Origin: Eubacteriales bacterium
GTDB taxonomy: Bacteria > Bacillota > Clostridia > Oscillospirales > CAG-272
Assembly: GCA_045638685.1 (NCBI GenBank)
Contig: JAZUBT010000014.1
Coordinates: 2,147 to 66,146, forward strand
Length of the DNA: 64,000 nucleotides
Reading direction: 5' to 3'
Positions 46,695 to 56,699 of the stretch are shown here, one piece after another. A program made the position numbers and the translations under genes. The notes beneath the pieces are model-generated. The model saw only the letters and a program-made list of their open reading frames with translations. It was not told the DNA's origin and did no database searches. Numbering within the stretch: the first letter of the stretch is position 1; the number at the start of each line of letters is the position of its first letter.

Positions 46695-46715
46695 CGTTAT
46701 AATTTTATATTAAAC

Positions 46716-48467
46716 TTATATAAAATACCTTTCCTTTGCGGAATAAGTGGTGTGAAGAAGCTCGTGCGCCTTGTGTCCGCCGGGCTCACCGAGGAACTCC
46801 TCGTAGATAGCCTTGATTTCGGGGTTCTCATGAGATTTACGTACAGACTTGCTTGCGTCCTCGTCGTAGAGAGCCTTAGCGCGGAGCGCCTTAACGTCAA
46901 TGTACTGAAGATCTTTTGAAGAAACAATAGGCTGTCCGCCTCCCGTTACGCATCCGCCGGGACAACACATAACCTCGATAAAGTGATAGTTCTTCTCGCC
47001 GCTCTTTACAGCCTCAAGAACCTTCTTCGCGTTCGCGGTGCCGTGAGCTACCGCAACGTTTATCTGCTTACCGTTAAGGTCTATCGTTGCTTCCTTAACG
47101 CCGGTTGTTCCTCTGACCGCCTCGAAGTTTACGTTTTCAAGAGTTTTACCGGTTACTATCTCATAAACGGTACGGAGAGCTGCCTCCATAACTCCTCCGG
47201 TTGCTCCAAAGATATCAGCGGCTCCCGCAGAAGCTCCCATTACAGAATCAAACTGCTCGTCGGGAAGTCTTGCGAAATCTATACCTGCCTGCTTAATCAT
47301 TCTTGCAAGCTCACGAACGGTTATTACGTGGTCAACGTCCTTCATGCCATTGTTTCCAAGCTCGGGGCGGTTTGCCTCGTACTTTTTAGCGGTACAGGGC
47401 ATTACCGAAACAACTACTATCGACTTAGGATCAATTCCCATCTTCTCTGCGTAATAGGTCTTAGCCATTGCGCCCGTCATCTCGTGAGGAGACTTGCAGG
47501 AGGAGAGGTTGGGGATAAATTCGGGGTAGAACTTCTCACAGTAGGAAACCCATCCGGGAGAACAGGAGGTTATCATAGGAAGAACTGCGTTCTTGTCGCC
47601 AAGGCGATGGATAAGCTCGGTTCCCTCCTCCATTATGGTAAGGTCTGCGCCGAAGTTGGTATCAAATACCTTGTCAAATCCGAGACGGCGGAGAGCCGCT
47701 ACGAGCTTACCGGTCTGAGCAACGCCCATAGGAAGTCCGAATTCCTCTCCGATGGATGCCCTTACTGCCGGAGCGGGCTGTACGACTACGTGCTTATTGG
47801 GATCGCTGATTGCTGCCCATACGTCGTCGATGCTCTCTTTTTCATGGAGAGCTCCAACAGGACAAGCAACTATACACTGTCCGCAGTTTACACAGGAGGT
47901 AGCCATAAGGGGACGTCCGAATATCGGGCCTATCTGAGTCTTAAAGCCTCTCTTAGATACGCCGATAGCTCCGATTTCCTGAACGTTGGTACAAGCAGCT
48001 ACGCAGCGGCGGCAGTTTATACACTTGGAGTTGTCTCTTACGATAGAGGGAGAAAGGTCGTCAACGCTTGTTTCCTTGTTTGCTCCGTCGTAAGGATACT
48101 CCTTAACGCCGTATTCACGGCAGAGAGCCTGAAGCTCACAGTTTTCGGAGCGTACACAAGAGGTACACTCTCTGTTATGAGAAGCGAGAAGCAGCTCGAG
48201 ATTTACCTTGCGCTGCTTACGAAGCTGCTCGGTGTTGGTACGCACTACCATTCCCTCTGCTGCGGGCATTACGCACGCTGCGGCAAGTCCTCTTGCCTTC
48301 TCTATTTCAACGAGACATATACGGCAAGCGCCTATCTGCTGTACGTCTTTAAGATAACAGAGTGTGGGAACGTTTATATTCGCGGCTCTTGCCGCCTCAA
48401 GAACGGTGGAGCCTTCGGGAACCGTAACGCTTACGCCGTCTATTGTTAAAGTAATCATATTTTCCAT
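46716..48467 (-). CDS. hydA: [FeFe] hydrogenase catalytic subunit (HydA/HndD type, with N-terminal 2Fe-2S and 4Fe-4S domains)
   Basis: H-cluster motifs L1 TSCSPGW, L2 MPCTAKKYE and L3 EVMCCPGGCVTGGGQP, plus an N-terminal plant-type ferredoxin and 2x[4Fe-4S] motifs. The start MENMITL at 48467 follows GGAGGAG. The alternative ATG at 48485 overlaps the hydB stop (TAATG). Confidence 0.92.
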   Translation of the reverse strand: MENMITLTIDGVSVTVPEGSTVLEAARAANINVPTLCYLKDVQQIGACRICLVEIEKARGLAAACVMPAAEGMVVRTNTEQLRKQRKVNLELLLASHNRECTSCVRSENCELQALCREYGVKEYPYDGANKETSVDDLSPSIVRDNSKCINCRRCVAACTNVQEIGAIGVSKRGFKTQIGPIFGRPLMATSCVNCGQCIVACPVGALHEKESIDDVWAAISDPNKHVVVQPAPAVRASIGEEFGLPMGVAQTGKLVAALRRLGFDKVFDTNFGADLTIMEEGTELIHRLGDKNAVLPMITSCSPGWVSYCEKFYPEFIPNLSSCKSPHEMTGAMAKTYYAEKMGIDPKSIVVVSVMPCTAKKYEANRPELGNNGMKDVDHVITVRELARMIKQAGIDFARLPDEQFDSVMGASAGAADIFGATGGVMEAALRTVYEIVTGKTLENVNFEAVRGTTGVKEATIDLNGKQINVAVAHGTANAKKVLEAVKSGEKNYHFIEVMCCPGGCVTGGGQPIVSSKDLQYIDVKALRAKALYDEDASKSVRKSHENPEIKAIYEEFLGEPGGHKAHELLHTTYSAKERYFI

Positions 48468-48484
48468 TTCTTTAGCTCCTCCCA

Positions 48485-50362
48485 TTATTTCTTGCTTATT
48501 GCGCCGAACTTACAGCTATCGATACATACGCCGCACTTTACGCACTTAGTCTGGTCGATAACAAACGGCTTCTTAATTTCTCCGCTGATTGCGCCGACAG
48601 GACACTTCTTGGCACAGAGCGAGCAGCCCTTACACTTACCGGGATCAATTACAATCTTAGCGAGCTTCGAGCAGCAGCCTGCGGGACAACGCTTCTCGTA
48701 AACGTGCGCCTCATACTCCTCGCGGAAATAACGAAGGGTTGAGAGAACAGGGTTAGGAGCAGTCTGTCCGAGTCCGCAAAGCGAGGACGTCTTAATAGCA
48801 TTGGCAAGCTCTTCAAGCTTTTCAATATCGCCATCCTCACCCTTACCGTCTGTGATTTTATTGAGAAGTTCAAGCATTCTCTTGGTTCCTTCACGGCAAG
48901 GAGTACACTTACCGCAGGATTCATCAACGGTAAACTCAAGGAAGAATTTAGCAATGTCAACCATACAGTTATCTTCGTCCATAACTATAAGTCCGCCTGA
49001 ACCCATCATGGAGCCGATAGCCATAAGAGAGTCATAGTCAACGGGAGTATCAAGAAGGGACGGAGGAATACATCCGCCGGAAGGACCTCCGGTCTGTGCC
49101 GCCTTGAACTTCTTGCCGTTCGGGATACCGCCTCCGATGTCGAAGATGATTTCTCTTACGGTGGTTCCCATCGGAACCTCAACAAGTCCTGTGTTAACTA
49201 TCTTTCCACCGAGAGCGAATACCTTAGTACCCTTAGACTTTTCGGTACCCATGGACTTAAACCACTCTGCACCGTTAAGTATAATCTGAGGAATATTAGC
49301 GTAGGTTTCAACGTTGTTAAGTACGGTAGGCTTTCCGAAAACACCCTTTACTGCGGGGAACGGAGGACGCGGACGCGGCTCTCCTCTCTTACCCTCAATA
49401 GATGTCATAAGAGCGGTTTCCTCTCCGCAAACAAATGCTCCCGCACCGAGTCTGATTTCAAGGTCGAAGCAGAAATCCGTTCCGAAAATATTTTTTCCGA
49501 GAAGTCCCTTTTCTCTTGCCTGATTGATAGCAAGTGCAAGACGCTTAACAGCAATCGGATACTCTGCGCGGACGTAGATATATCCCTGGTCTGCGCCTAT
49601 AACGTAACCGGCAATAGCCATAGCCTCTATAAGCGAGTGGGGATCTCCTTCAAGAACGGAGCGGTCCATAAATGCTCCCGGGTCGCCCTCGTCTCCGTTA
49701 CAGCAAACGTACTTTTTAACATTTCCTCTGTTACCCGATGCGAATTTCCATTTAAGACCGGTCGGGAAGCCTGCGCCTCCTCTTCCTCTGAGTCCGGAAT
49801 CGAGCATAATGTTAATTATGTCCTCGGGGCTGTACTCAAAGAGACATTTTGCGAGCGCCTGATAACCGTCGAACGCTATGTAATCCTCGATAACCTCGGG
49901 ATCAACAACTCCACAGTTTCTGAGCGCGACACGCTGCTGCTTCTTATAGAAATGCATATCGAAGAGCTTTTCCTTAACCTCTCCGGTGGTCTTCTCGTGA
50001 TAAACGAGGTCGTCTATGATTTTTCCGCCGACTATGTGCTCGTCAACTATTCTCGCTACGTTTTCAATCTGGCACTGAGCGTAGAATACGCCTTCCGGAT
50101 AAACGATAACGATAGGTCCGAGCTCACAAAGTCCGAAGCAACCGGTACGGACTATCTGAACGGAATCGGTAAGGCCTCTTTCGGCGAGCTGAGCAGTAAA
50201 CTCATCAATAAGCTTATTGGAGCCGGAGGAAGTACATCCGGTTCCGCCGCAAACGAGAACCTGTCTCTTATATTTAATGTTTTCTGTTGCCTTATGTGTA
50301 TGGCGCATGCTAATCTGAGGAAGAGCTTCCGCCTGTATTTTCTTAAGTTCTTCTAACGTCAT
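48485..50362 (-). CDS. hydB: NuoF-like flavoprotein subunit of the trimeric (electron-bifurcating-type) hydrogenase
   Basis: GRGGAGFPTGLKW (FMN/NADH site), ESCGKCTPCREG (N3-type 4Fe-4S), and C-terminal 2x CxxCxxCxxxCP ferredoxin motifs. 625 aa. Confidence 0.92.
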   Translation of the reverse strand: MTLEELKKIQAEALPQISMRHTHKATENIKYKRQVLVCGGTGCTSSGSNKLIDEFTAQLAERGLTDSVQIVRTGCFGLCELGPIVIVYPEGVFYAQCQIENVARIVDEHIVGGKIIDDLVYHEKTTGEVKEKLFDMHFYKKQQRVALRNCGVVDPEVIEDYIAFDGYQALAKCLFEYSPEDIINIMLDSGLRGRGGAGFPTGLKWKFASGNRGNVKKYVCCNGDEGDPGAFMDRSVLEGDPHSLIEAMAIAGYVIGADQGYIYVRAEYPIAVKRLALAINQAREKGLLGKNIFGTDFCFDLEIRLGAGAFVCGEETALMTSIEGKRGEPRPRPPFPAVKGVFGKPTVLNNVETYANIPQIILNGAEWFKSMGTEKSKGTKVFALGGKIVNTGLVEVPMGTTVREIIFDIGGGIPNGKKFKAAQTGGPSGGCIPPSLLDTPVDYDSLMAIGSMMGSGGLIVMDEDNCMVDIAKFFLEFTVDESCGKCTPCREGTKRMLELLNKITDGKGEDGDIEKLEELANAIKTSSLCGLGQTAPNPVLSTLRYFREEYEAHVYEKRCPAGCCSKLAKIVIDPGKCKGCSLCAKKCPVGAISGEIKKPFVIDQTKCVKCGVCIDSCKFGAISKK

Positions 50363-50379
50363 TTCTATCCCCTCCTAAA

Positions 50380-50856
50380 TCAATATTTTGCAAGGATATC
50401 TTTTATCATATCAGGAGTAAGCTTACCGTAAACGTCTTCGTTTATGGTCATAACCGGAGCAAGTCCGCAGCATCCGAGACAACGGGTATCCTGAATGGTG
50501 AATTTTCCGTCTTCTGTTGTTTCATTAGAGGTAATACCGAGTTCCTTTTCTACCTCAGCGAGAACCGCCGCGCTGCCTTTAACGTAGCAAGCGGTACCCT
50601 GACAAACGCTTATGATATTGTCGCCCTTGGGCTGAAGCGAGAACTGAGCGTAGAAGGTAGCGACGCCGTAAACCTCCGTAACCGGGATTCCGAGCGAGTC
50701 CGCTATGAGTAACTGGGTTTCGAGTGAGAGATAACCAAAAGATTCCTGAGCGTACTGCATGACGGGCATGAGCGGTCCGGGCATACTCTTATGCTCTTCG
50801 ATAAACGCTTTAAGCTCTTCGGTCTTTTTCGCTATCTGTTCGGGTGTAAGTGCCAT
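50380..50856 (-). CDS. hydC: NuoE-like [2Fe-2S] subunit of the hydrogenase
   Basis: CQGTACYVKG...CLGCCGLAP thioredoxin-like 2Fe-2S motif. The start MALTPEQ at 50856 has a GGAGGA RBS. The ORF-track start at 50943 lies upstream of the promoter. Confidence 0.9.
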   Translation of the reverse strand: MALTPEQIAKKTEELKAFIEEHKSMPGPLMPVMQYAQESFGYLSLETQLLIADSLGIPVTEVYGVATFYAQFSLQPKGDNIISVCQGTACYVKGSAAVLAEVEKELGITSNETTEDGKFTIQDTRCLGCCGLAPVMTINEDVYGKLTPDMIKDILAKY

Positions 50857-50901
50857 AACATATCCTCCTAAATAAAAGTTAATATTTTTTATATCGTGAA
50901 T

Positions 50902-50930
50902 ATTATACCATAGTTGCTTTCTTTTTTCAA
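50902..50930 (-). promoter_or_regulatory. Sigma-A-type promoter for hydCBA
   Basis: On the minus strand, TTGAAA (50925-50930), 17 nt, TGgTATAAT (50902-50907). Confidence 0.75.
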
Positions 50931-51096
50931 TCCCTAAACGCAAAAATTAATAATTTAGTTACTTATCAAATTTTTACAAATCGCGTGATTATTCTTTGAT
51001 TTTCGACTTTGCTTTTTCTCTCGTAAACCTCGGATGCCTTCAGATACAATTCTACGTGAATTTTATTCAGATTCGTAATCAAGTCCATCCTGCTGC

Positions 51097-51137
51097 TAAA
51101 AAACAAAAACCGCAGAATTTCTCTGCGGTTTTGTTTT
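51097..51137. terminator. Intrinsic terminator after the YdbC-like gene (bidirectional shape)
   Basis: AAACCGCAGA-atttc-TCTGCGGTTT, flanked by A- and T-runs. Confidence 0.85.
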
Positions 51138-51172
51138 ATAAAAGTGTCGCGCTAAACTATGCGGTTTCTTGA

Positions 51173-51397
51173 TTAGTCAAGGTCAATAGAAGCAAGAACG
51201 TTCTTAAGCTCTTTTATCTCAGCAGCCGTAAGAGTTATTCCTTTACCCATTCTCTCCATGTCGTCAGACCACGTACGAATATCGTAAACAGGCTCTCTTT
51301 CGTTCCAGCTTATAAGATTTAAAGCCTTCTTCCAGCCGTTTCCGGTTTCGGAAAGGACTCCAACCTCTTTTACTACCTCGTATTTAATCTCTGCCAT
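51173..51397 (-). CDS. YdbC / PC4-like single-stranded-DNA-binding protein
   Basis: The 74-aa sequence EVVKEVGVLSE..NGWKKALNLISWNEREPVYDIRTWS...MGKGITLT resembles Lactococcus YdbC (PC4 fold) as I recall it. Confidence 0.7.
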   Translation of the reverse strand: MAEIKYEVVKEVGVLSETGNGWKKALNLISWNEREPVYDIRTWSDDMERMGKGITLTAAEIKELKNVLASIDLD

Positions 51398-51451
51398 TTC
51401 CGCGTCCCCTTTCTTTAAATAAAATAATTTATTTTTTACGTATATGTTTAG

Positions 51452-51480
51452 AGTATATCATATTATTTTATTATTGTCAA
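51452..51480 (-). promoter_or_regulatory. Sigma-A-type promoter for the YdbC-like gene
   Basis: On the minus strand, TTGACA (51475-51480), 17 nt, TATACT (51452-51457). Confidence 0.7.
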
Positions 51481-51823
51481 GGGGTTTTTTGTTTATTTTT
51501 ACATAAAATGCAAATAAATTGTAAAAAAAAGCTAAATTTTAGAGTTTAAAATTCACAAATTCTTTTCGATTTAGTCTAAGTCGTTCTTTTTTAAAACAAT
51601 TATCAAACGTTTTACTATGTGTTTTAGGTAATTTTAACCAAGCGCATTTTACATTCATTTTGCATTCAAAAGCTATAATTAATAATAATGTATAATTAAT
51701 ATAATAAGGTAAGATTAATTACGTCTCAACACTTAAAAACCCAAGATAAAACTGCACTTTTCGACTATTAATATGTTATTTCAAGCATTTTTACGTTATA
51801 TAGATACGCAATAAGACGTTTTA

Positions 51824-53857
51824 CTACCTTTTCTTCTTCGGCTTTGCCCAGCCCTTTTTTCTTTCAAACGGCTTCTTGGCTTCACTTACCTTAGGGCGAC
51901 TGCTTCGTCCGTGTGTAAGAGCCTTCCTTTTCGTCTGCGCCTTTTCGCCCTCTGCTCTTTTTTCTTTAAATACGGCCGTTTTCTTTCCTGCGGCAGATTT
52001 TTTCATTTCTCCGCCGGCTCTTTTAGGCTGCCTTCCACGGTAACCGCTTTCAGCCTCCTTCGGTTTTACAAGGCTCTCGCCTCCGTATCCTATAAGGTCG
52101 GGGCGTCCGCATTTTTCAAGCGCCTCGCGTACGAGGTCGGCGTTCTTTGGATTCCCTGACTGCAGTAGCGCTCTTTGGAGCTGTTTTTCGCGATAATCTG
52201 TCGCTACGTAAACTCTTTTTCCGCTCAGCGGATTTATTCCAGTATAGTACATAACGGTTGAAGCGGTGCCGGGTGTCGGATAAAAATCCTGAACCTGCTC
52301 CGGCGTATAACCCCATTTTTTAAGATAAAGAGCAAGCTCTACCGCTTCGTTCAAAGTGCTTCCGGGATGGCTGGACATAAGATACGGGACGATATACTGC
52401 TCCTTTCCCGCTTCCTTAGTAATCTTAAAGAATTTATCTTTAAATCTGTCATATACGTTTATCGCCGGCTTTCCCATCTCTGTAAGAACACCGTCGCAGC
52501 AGTGCTCCGGAGCTACCTTAAGCTGACCACTTACGTTGTCCCTTACAAGCTTACGGAAAAAAGAATCGTCCTTATCGTATATAAGATAATCATATCTTAT
52601 TCCGGAACGGATAAATACTTTTTTAACCTTCGGGAGCGCTTCAACGCTCTCTATAATTCTCTTAAATTCACTATGGTCGCAGATAAGATTTTTACACGGT
52701 GAGGGAGTAAGACACTTTCTGCCCGCGCAAACTCCGTCCTTTAGCTGTTTTTCACAAGCAGGGCCTCTGAAATTTGCCGTCGGGCCTCCTATATCGTGTA
52801 TATATCCCTTAAAGTCCTGCATTTCGGTTATAATTTTTGCCTCTCTTAAAACCGATTCCTCACTTCTCGCTCTTACAGAGCGCCCCTGATGGAATGCAAG
52901 AGCGCAGAAGTTACAAGCGCCAAAGCACCCTCTGTTATGGGTTACAGAGAACTTAACCTCCTCTACCCCCGGCACTCCCCCGTCCTTATCGTACATTGGG
53001 TGGGGGCGTCTGGAATACGGAAGCGCATATACGTAGTCAAGCTCGTTCTGCTCAAGCGGAGGCATAGGCGGATTCTGAACAAGCATTTTGCCGTCGTAGT
53101 ATTCGATAACCGCTCTGCCTCTTACCGCGTCTGTTTCGTTATACTGAACCCTAAACGCATCTGAATAGAGCTTTTTGTCGGTTTTAAGGTCGTTAAAGTC
53201 GTATCCGCCGACGGTATCAAAAAACACCTTGTCCTCTTTGTTGGCAAGATAGACCGTGCCTCGCACGTCTCTTATTTTTCTTATCGGCACACCTTTATCA
53301 AGAAGCGCGGCAACCTTACGCAGGATATTTTCGCCCATTCCGTATGTAAGCATATCCGCCTTTGAGTCAACGAGTATGCTTCTGCGCACCTTATCATCCC
53401 AATAGTCGTAATGCGCAAAACGGCGAAGAGACGCTTCAAGTCCGCCGAGAATTACCGGAACGTCTCCGTAGGCCTCTCTTATTCTGTTTGTATAAACGAT
53501 ACATGCCCTATCAGGACGAAGTCCCGTTTTGCCTCCCGGAGAGTAGTAATCGTAGTTTCTTCTTCGTTTCGCGGCGGTATAATGCGCAACCATTGAGTCG
53601 ATATTTCCCGCCGTTACAAGAAAGGCAAGGCGCGGTCTTCCAAACTCCTTAAAGCTTTCCGCGGTTTTATAATCGGGCTGGGAAAGTATCGCTACCCTGT
53701 ACCCTGCCGCCTCAAGCACTCTTGAAATTATGGACACGCCAAAGCTCGGATGGTCAACGTAAGCGTCTCCCGTTACGTAAACGAAATCCGCTTGCGCCCA
53801 TCCTCTTTCCTGCATTTCCTTTTTACTTGTAGGAAGAAAATCGGTGTTCATATTCAT
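51824..53857 (-). CDS. ygiQ: YgiQ-family radical SAM protein (UPF0313) with a Lys/Arg-rich C-terminal tail
   Basis: N-terminal FLPTSKKEMQERGW...DFVYVTGDAYVDHPSFG is typical of YgiQ. The radical-SAM cluster motif is CFGACNFC. 677 aa. Confidence 0.85.
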   Translation of the reverse strand: MNMNTDFLPTSKKEMQERGWAQADFVYVTGDAYVDHPSFGVSIISRVLEAAGYRVAILSQPDYKTAESFKEFGRPRLAFLVTAGNIDSMVAHYTAAKRRRNYDYYSPGGKTGLRPDRACIVYTNRIREAYGDVPVILGGLEASLRRFAHYDYWDDKVRRSILVDSKADMLTYGMGENILRKVAALLDKGVPIRKIRDVRGTVYLANKEDKVFFDTVGGYDFNDLKTDKKLYSDAFRVQYNETDAVRGRAVIEYYDGKMLVQNPPMPPLEQNELDYVYALPYSRRPHPMYDKDGGVPGVEEVKFSVTHNRGCFGACNFCALAFHQGRSVRARSEESVLREAKIITEMQDFKGYIHDIGGPTANFRGPACEKQLKDGVCAGRKCLTPSPCKNLICDHSEFKRIIESVEALPKVKKVFIRSGIRYDYLIYDKDDSFFRKLVRDNVSGQLKVAPEHCCDGVLTEMGKPAINVYDRFKDKFFKITKEAGKEQYIVPYLMSSHPGSTLNEAVELALYLKKWGYTPEQVQDFYPTPGTASTVMYYTGINPLSGKRVYVATDYREKQLQRALLQSGNPKNADLVREALEKCGRPDLIGYGGESLVKPKEAESGYRGRQPKRAGGEMKKSAAGKKTAVFKEKRAEGEKAQTKRKALTHGRSSRPKVSEAKKPFERKKGWAKPKKKR

Positions 53858-54009
53858 TACCTTTTCTTTTTTAGTTAAATGTACTCGGCGCTATTTAAAA
53901 AAGCTTAAGCTAAAGCGCCGCAGAATTCCCCTTTGTTTTAAATTAAAACGTATAACTAACAAAGAAGGTGTCAGCCCTTTATCGGGACAACACCTTTTTC
54001 GTTTAAAAA

Positions 54010-56655
54010 TTAGCGTTCAACCTCAACCATTTCAAAGAATTCGAGTATATCGCCTTCTCTTATATCGTTGAAGCGTTCTATTCCAACTCCGCACTCATAA
54101 CCCTCGTTAACCTCTTTAACGTCGTCCTTGAAGCGGCGGAGAGACGCAAGCTTATCCTCACAAAGAACAACGGAGTCGCGAAGAATTCTCATCTGGCAGT
54201 TTCTCGTAACCTTTCCGTCGGTTATATAGCATCCGGCTATAATTCCAACGCTCGGAACTCTTATCGCCTGTCTTACCTCTGCATGGCCGAGCAGACTTTC
54301 CTTGAAGGTAGGTGCAAGCATACCCTTCATTGCAGCGGTAATCTCCTCTATGCAGTCGTATATAATTCTGTAAGTTCTTATGTCAACCTTTTGCTTTTCT
54401 GCGGATTCAAGCGCCGTCTTATCGGGGCGAACGTTAAATCCTACTATTATCGCGTTAGACGCGGATGCGAGCATTACGTCGCTTTCTACTATTCCACCCG
54501 CGGCAGAGTGTATAACGTTTACCTTTACCTCTTCGTTGGAGAGCTTAAGGAGAGACTGCTTTACGGCTTCCGCAGAGCCTATAACGTCTGCTTTAACAAT
54601 GACGTTAAGATCCTTTACGCTGCCGTCCATATTATCGAACAGCGCCTCAAGGTTAACCTTGGCGTTAGCCTTAAACTGCTCGTCGCGTATCTTTTCCTTA
54701 CGCTGCTCGGCAAGTTCCCTTGCCATACGCTCGTTCTCAACGGCATTAAACTCGTCTCCTGCCGACGGAACCTCGCTGAGACCGTCTATCTCAACGGGAA
54801 CGGACGGACCTGCGCTCTTTATGTGCTTCCCGTTGTCGTCCTTCATAGCCTTTACTCTACCGACTGCGGTTCCGGCTATAATCGTATCTCCAACCTTAAG
54901 AGTTCCGTTCTGAACAAGAACCGTCGCAACGGGGCCTCTGCCCTTATCAAGCTTAGCTTCAATAACGACACCCTTTGCTCTGCGGTTCGGATTTGCCTTC
55001 AAATCCTTAAATTCCGCTATGAACAGTACGTTTTCAAGAAGCTCGCTGATACCTTTTCCGGTAAGCGCGGAAACCGGTGCGCATATAACGTCGCCTCCCC
55101 ATTCCTCGGGAACGAGCTCGTACTGAGTAAGGGCCTGCTTTACCGCGTCAGGGTTTGCCGCCGGCTTATCCATTTTATTTATTGCAACTATAATGTCAAC
55201 GCCTGCCGCCTTAGCGTGGTTAATAGCCTCAACCGTCTGCGGCATTATTCCGTCGTCCGCAGCTACAACGAGTATCGCTATATCCGTTGACTTAGCACCT
55301 CTGGCTCTCATAGAGGTAAACGCCTCGTGTCCGGGAGTGTCAAGGAAGGTAATATCCTTGCCGTCAACGCTTACTCTGTAAGCTCCGATATGCTGGGTAA
55401 TTCCTCCTGCCTCGCCCTGCGTTACCTTGGTATGACGAATCGCGTCAAGAAGCGAGGTTTTACCGTGGTCAACGTGTCCCATTACGCAGACTACGGGCGC
55501 ACGGGTGATGAGGGATTCCTCGGAATCCTCCTCCTCGTCAAACAGCTTTTCTTCTATCGTAACGACAACCTCTTTGGTTACCTTTGCTCCCATTTCGTCG
55601 GCTATAAGGTAAGCGGTATCGAAATCGATAGTCTGGTTAACGTTTGCCATAACTCCGAGCATAAAGAGCTTCTTAATAAGGTCGGATGCGCTTATCTTAA
55701 GTCTTACCGCAAGCTCTCCGACTGTAATTTCATCGGGAATGGATACGGAAACGGGAAGGCGTCTCGCCTTTTCCATCTGCTGCTTACGGAGCTTCTCAAG
55801 CTCAAGTCTTTCCTTATCCTTTTCCTTGTCGAACTTTCCGCCCTTCTTACGTCCGTCAACAACTCTTCCGCCTCTGGTATCGCCGTAATCCTTGCCCGCC
55901 TTACTTGCAAGGCTTTCAAGTCTTTCATCGTATTTGGAAAGATCAACCGAGCCTCCTCTGGTATCGAAAACTCTTGCCTTCTGCTTACCGTTAAATCCGC
56001 TACCGGCAGAAGTGCCGATTTCAACTCCACCCTGAAGCTTCGGACGCTGTCCCTGCTGAGCGTTTTGCTGGGGCTTTTGCGGTTTTTGCTGCTGAGGCTT
56101 CTGATTATTTTTAGCAACCTGCGTCGGGGGAGTAAATACCCTCTCCTTCTGCTGAGGCTTTTTATTCTGTCCATTATCCGCAGAGGGCTTTGCGGTCTCC
56201 TGCTTCTTCTCCGCTACTGCGGGAGCCTTTTCCGGAGCCTTTGTCTCCTGCTTTTTCTCCGCTGCTGCGGGAGCTTTTTCCGGAGTCTTTGTCTCCTGCT
56301 TTTTCTCCGCTGCTACGGGAGCTTTTTCCGGAGCCTTTGTCTCCTGCTTCTTCTCCGCTGCTGCGGGAGCCTTTTCCGGAGTCTTTTCCTCTGCGGCAGC
56401 CTCCACTTTGACCTTAAACTCCTCTATTACAGACTCGCCTTTAAGGTAACTGTCAATGCTGATACCTGCAGTATAACGCTCTTTGATGCTTTCGAAAAGC
56501 TTATTGAACGCCTCGGCATTATCCACGGTTATGCTCGAAGTCGTTTTGAAATCGGCGTAGCCGAGCTCTGTAAACTTTTCTATAAGCTCCTTTGAGCTTT
56601 TCATTTTGAGTTCCTTGGCAAGACTGCTTAATTTTATGCTTTGTTTTTCTGCCAT
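54010..56655 (-). CDS. infB: Translation initiation factor IF-2
   Basis: G-domain [22 protein letters not shown] and NKMD. The ATG at 56655 (MAEKQS) has a GGAGG 8 nt upstream. The gene is last in the rimP-nusA-ylxR-ylxQ-infB operon. Confidence 0.95.
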   Translation of the reverse strand: MAEKQSIKLSSLAKELKMKSSKELIEKFTELGYADFKTTSSITVDNAEAFNKLFESIKERYTAGISIDSYLKGESVIEEFKVKVEAAAEEKTPEKAPAAAEKKQETKAPEKAPVAAEKKQETKTPEKAPAAAEKKQETKAPEKAPAVAEKKQETAKPSADNGQNKKPQQKERVFTPPTQVAKNNQKPQQQKPQKPQQNAQQGQRPKLQGGVEIGTSAGSGFNGKQKARVFDTRGGSVDLSKYDERLESLASKAGKDYGDTRGGRVVDGRKKGGKFDKEKDKERLELEKLRKQQMEKARRLPVSVSIPDEITVGELAVRLKISASDLIKKLFMLGVMANVNQTIDFDTAYLIADEMGAKVTKEVVVTIEEKLFDEEEDSEESLITRAPVVCVMGHVDHGKTSLLDAIRHTKVTQGEAGGITQHIGAYRVSVDGKDITFLDTPGHEAFTSMRARGAKSTDIAILVVAADDGIMPQTVEAINHAKAAGVDIIVAINKMDKPAANPDAVKQALTQYELVPEEWGGDVICAPVSALTGKGISELLENVLFIAEFKDLKANPNRRAKGVVIEAKLDKGRGPVATVLVQNGTLKVGDTIIAGTAVGRVKAMKDDNGKHIKSAGPSVPVEIDGLSEVPSAGDEFNAVENERMARELAEQRKEKIRDEQFKANAKVNLEALFDNMDGSVKDLNVIVKADVIGSAEAVKQSLLKLSNEEVKVNVIHSAAGGIVESDVMLASASNAIIVGFNVRPDKTALESAEKQKVDIRTYRIIYDCIEEITAAMKGMLAPTFKESLLGHAEVRQAIRVPSVGIIAGCYITDGKVTRNCQMRILRDSVVLCEDKLASLRRFKDDVKEVNEGYECGVGIERFNDIREGDILEFFEMVEVER
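56195..56390. repeat. Four in-frame 48-bp tandem repeats inside infB (N-terminal low-complexity region)
   Basis: They encode [16 protein letters not shown] four times, with single substitutions. The DNA units are near-identical. Confidence 0.9.
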
Positions 56656-56699
56656 TACTTGCACCTCCTGCGAACGCCTCGCGCTCGCCTTCTCGTTAG

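Noticed and set aside
46983-48449. 488-aa + strand ORF; also 49637-50356, 239 aa
   Set aside because: Both are antisense to hydA and hydB, whose motifs are definitive. The composition is biased (Tyr/Arg/Ser/Cys) and there are no start signals.
50893-50912. Possible Rex operator overlapping the hydCBA -10 (GGTATAATATTCACGA)
   Set aside because: Only one half-site (TTCAC) resembles TTGTGAA-N4-TTCACAA, and the other half is essentially the -10 box itself.
54283-56595. Two long + strand ORFs (335 aa and 422 aa)
   Set aside because: Both are antisense to infB. The second one simply translates the complement of the Lys/Glu/Ala repeat region into Leu/Arg/Phe/Ser repeats.
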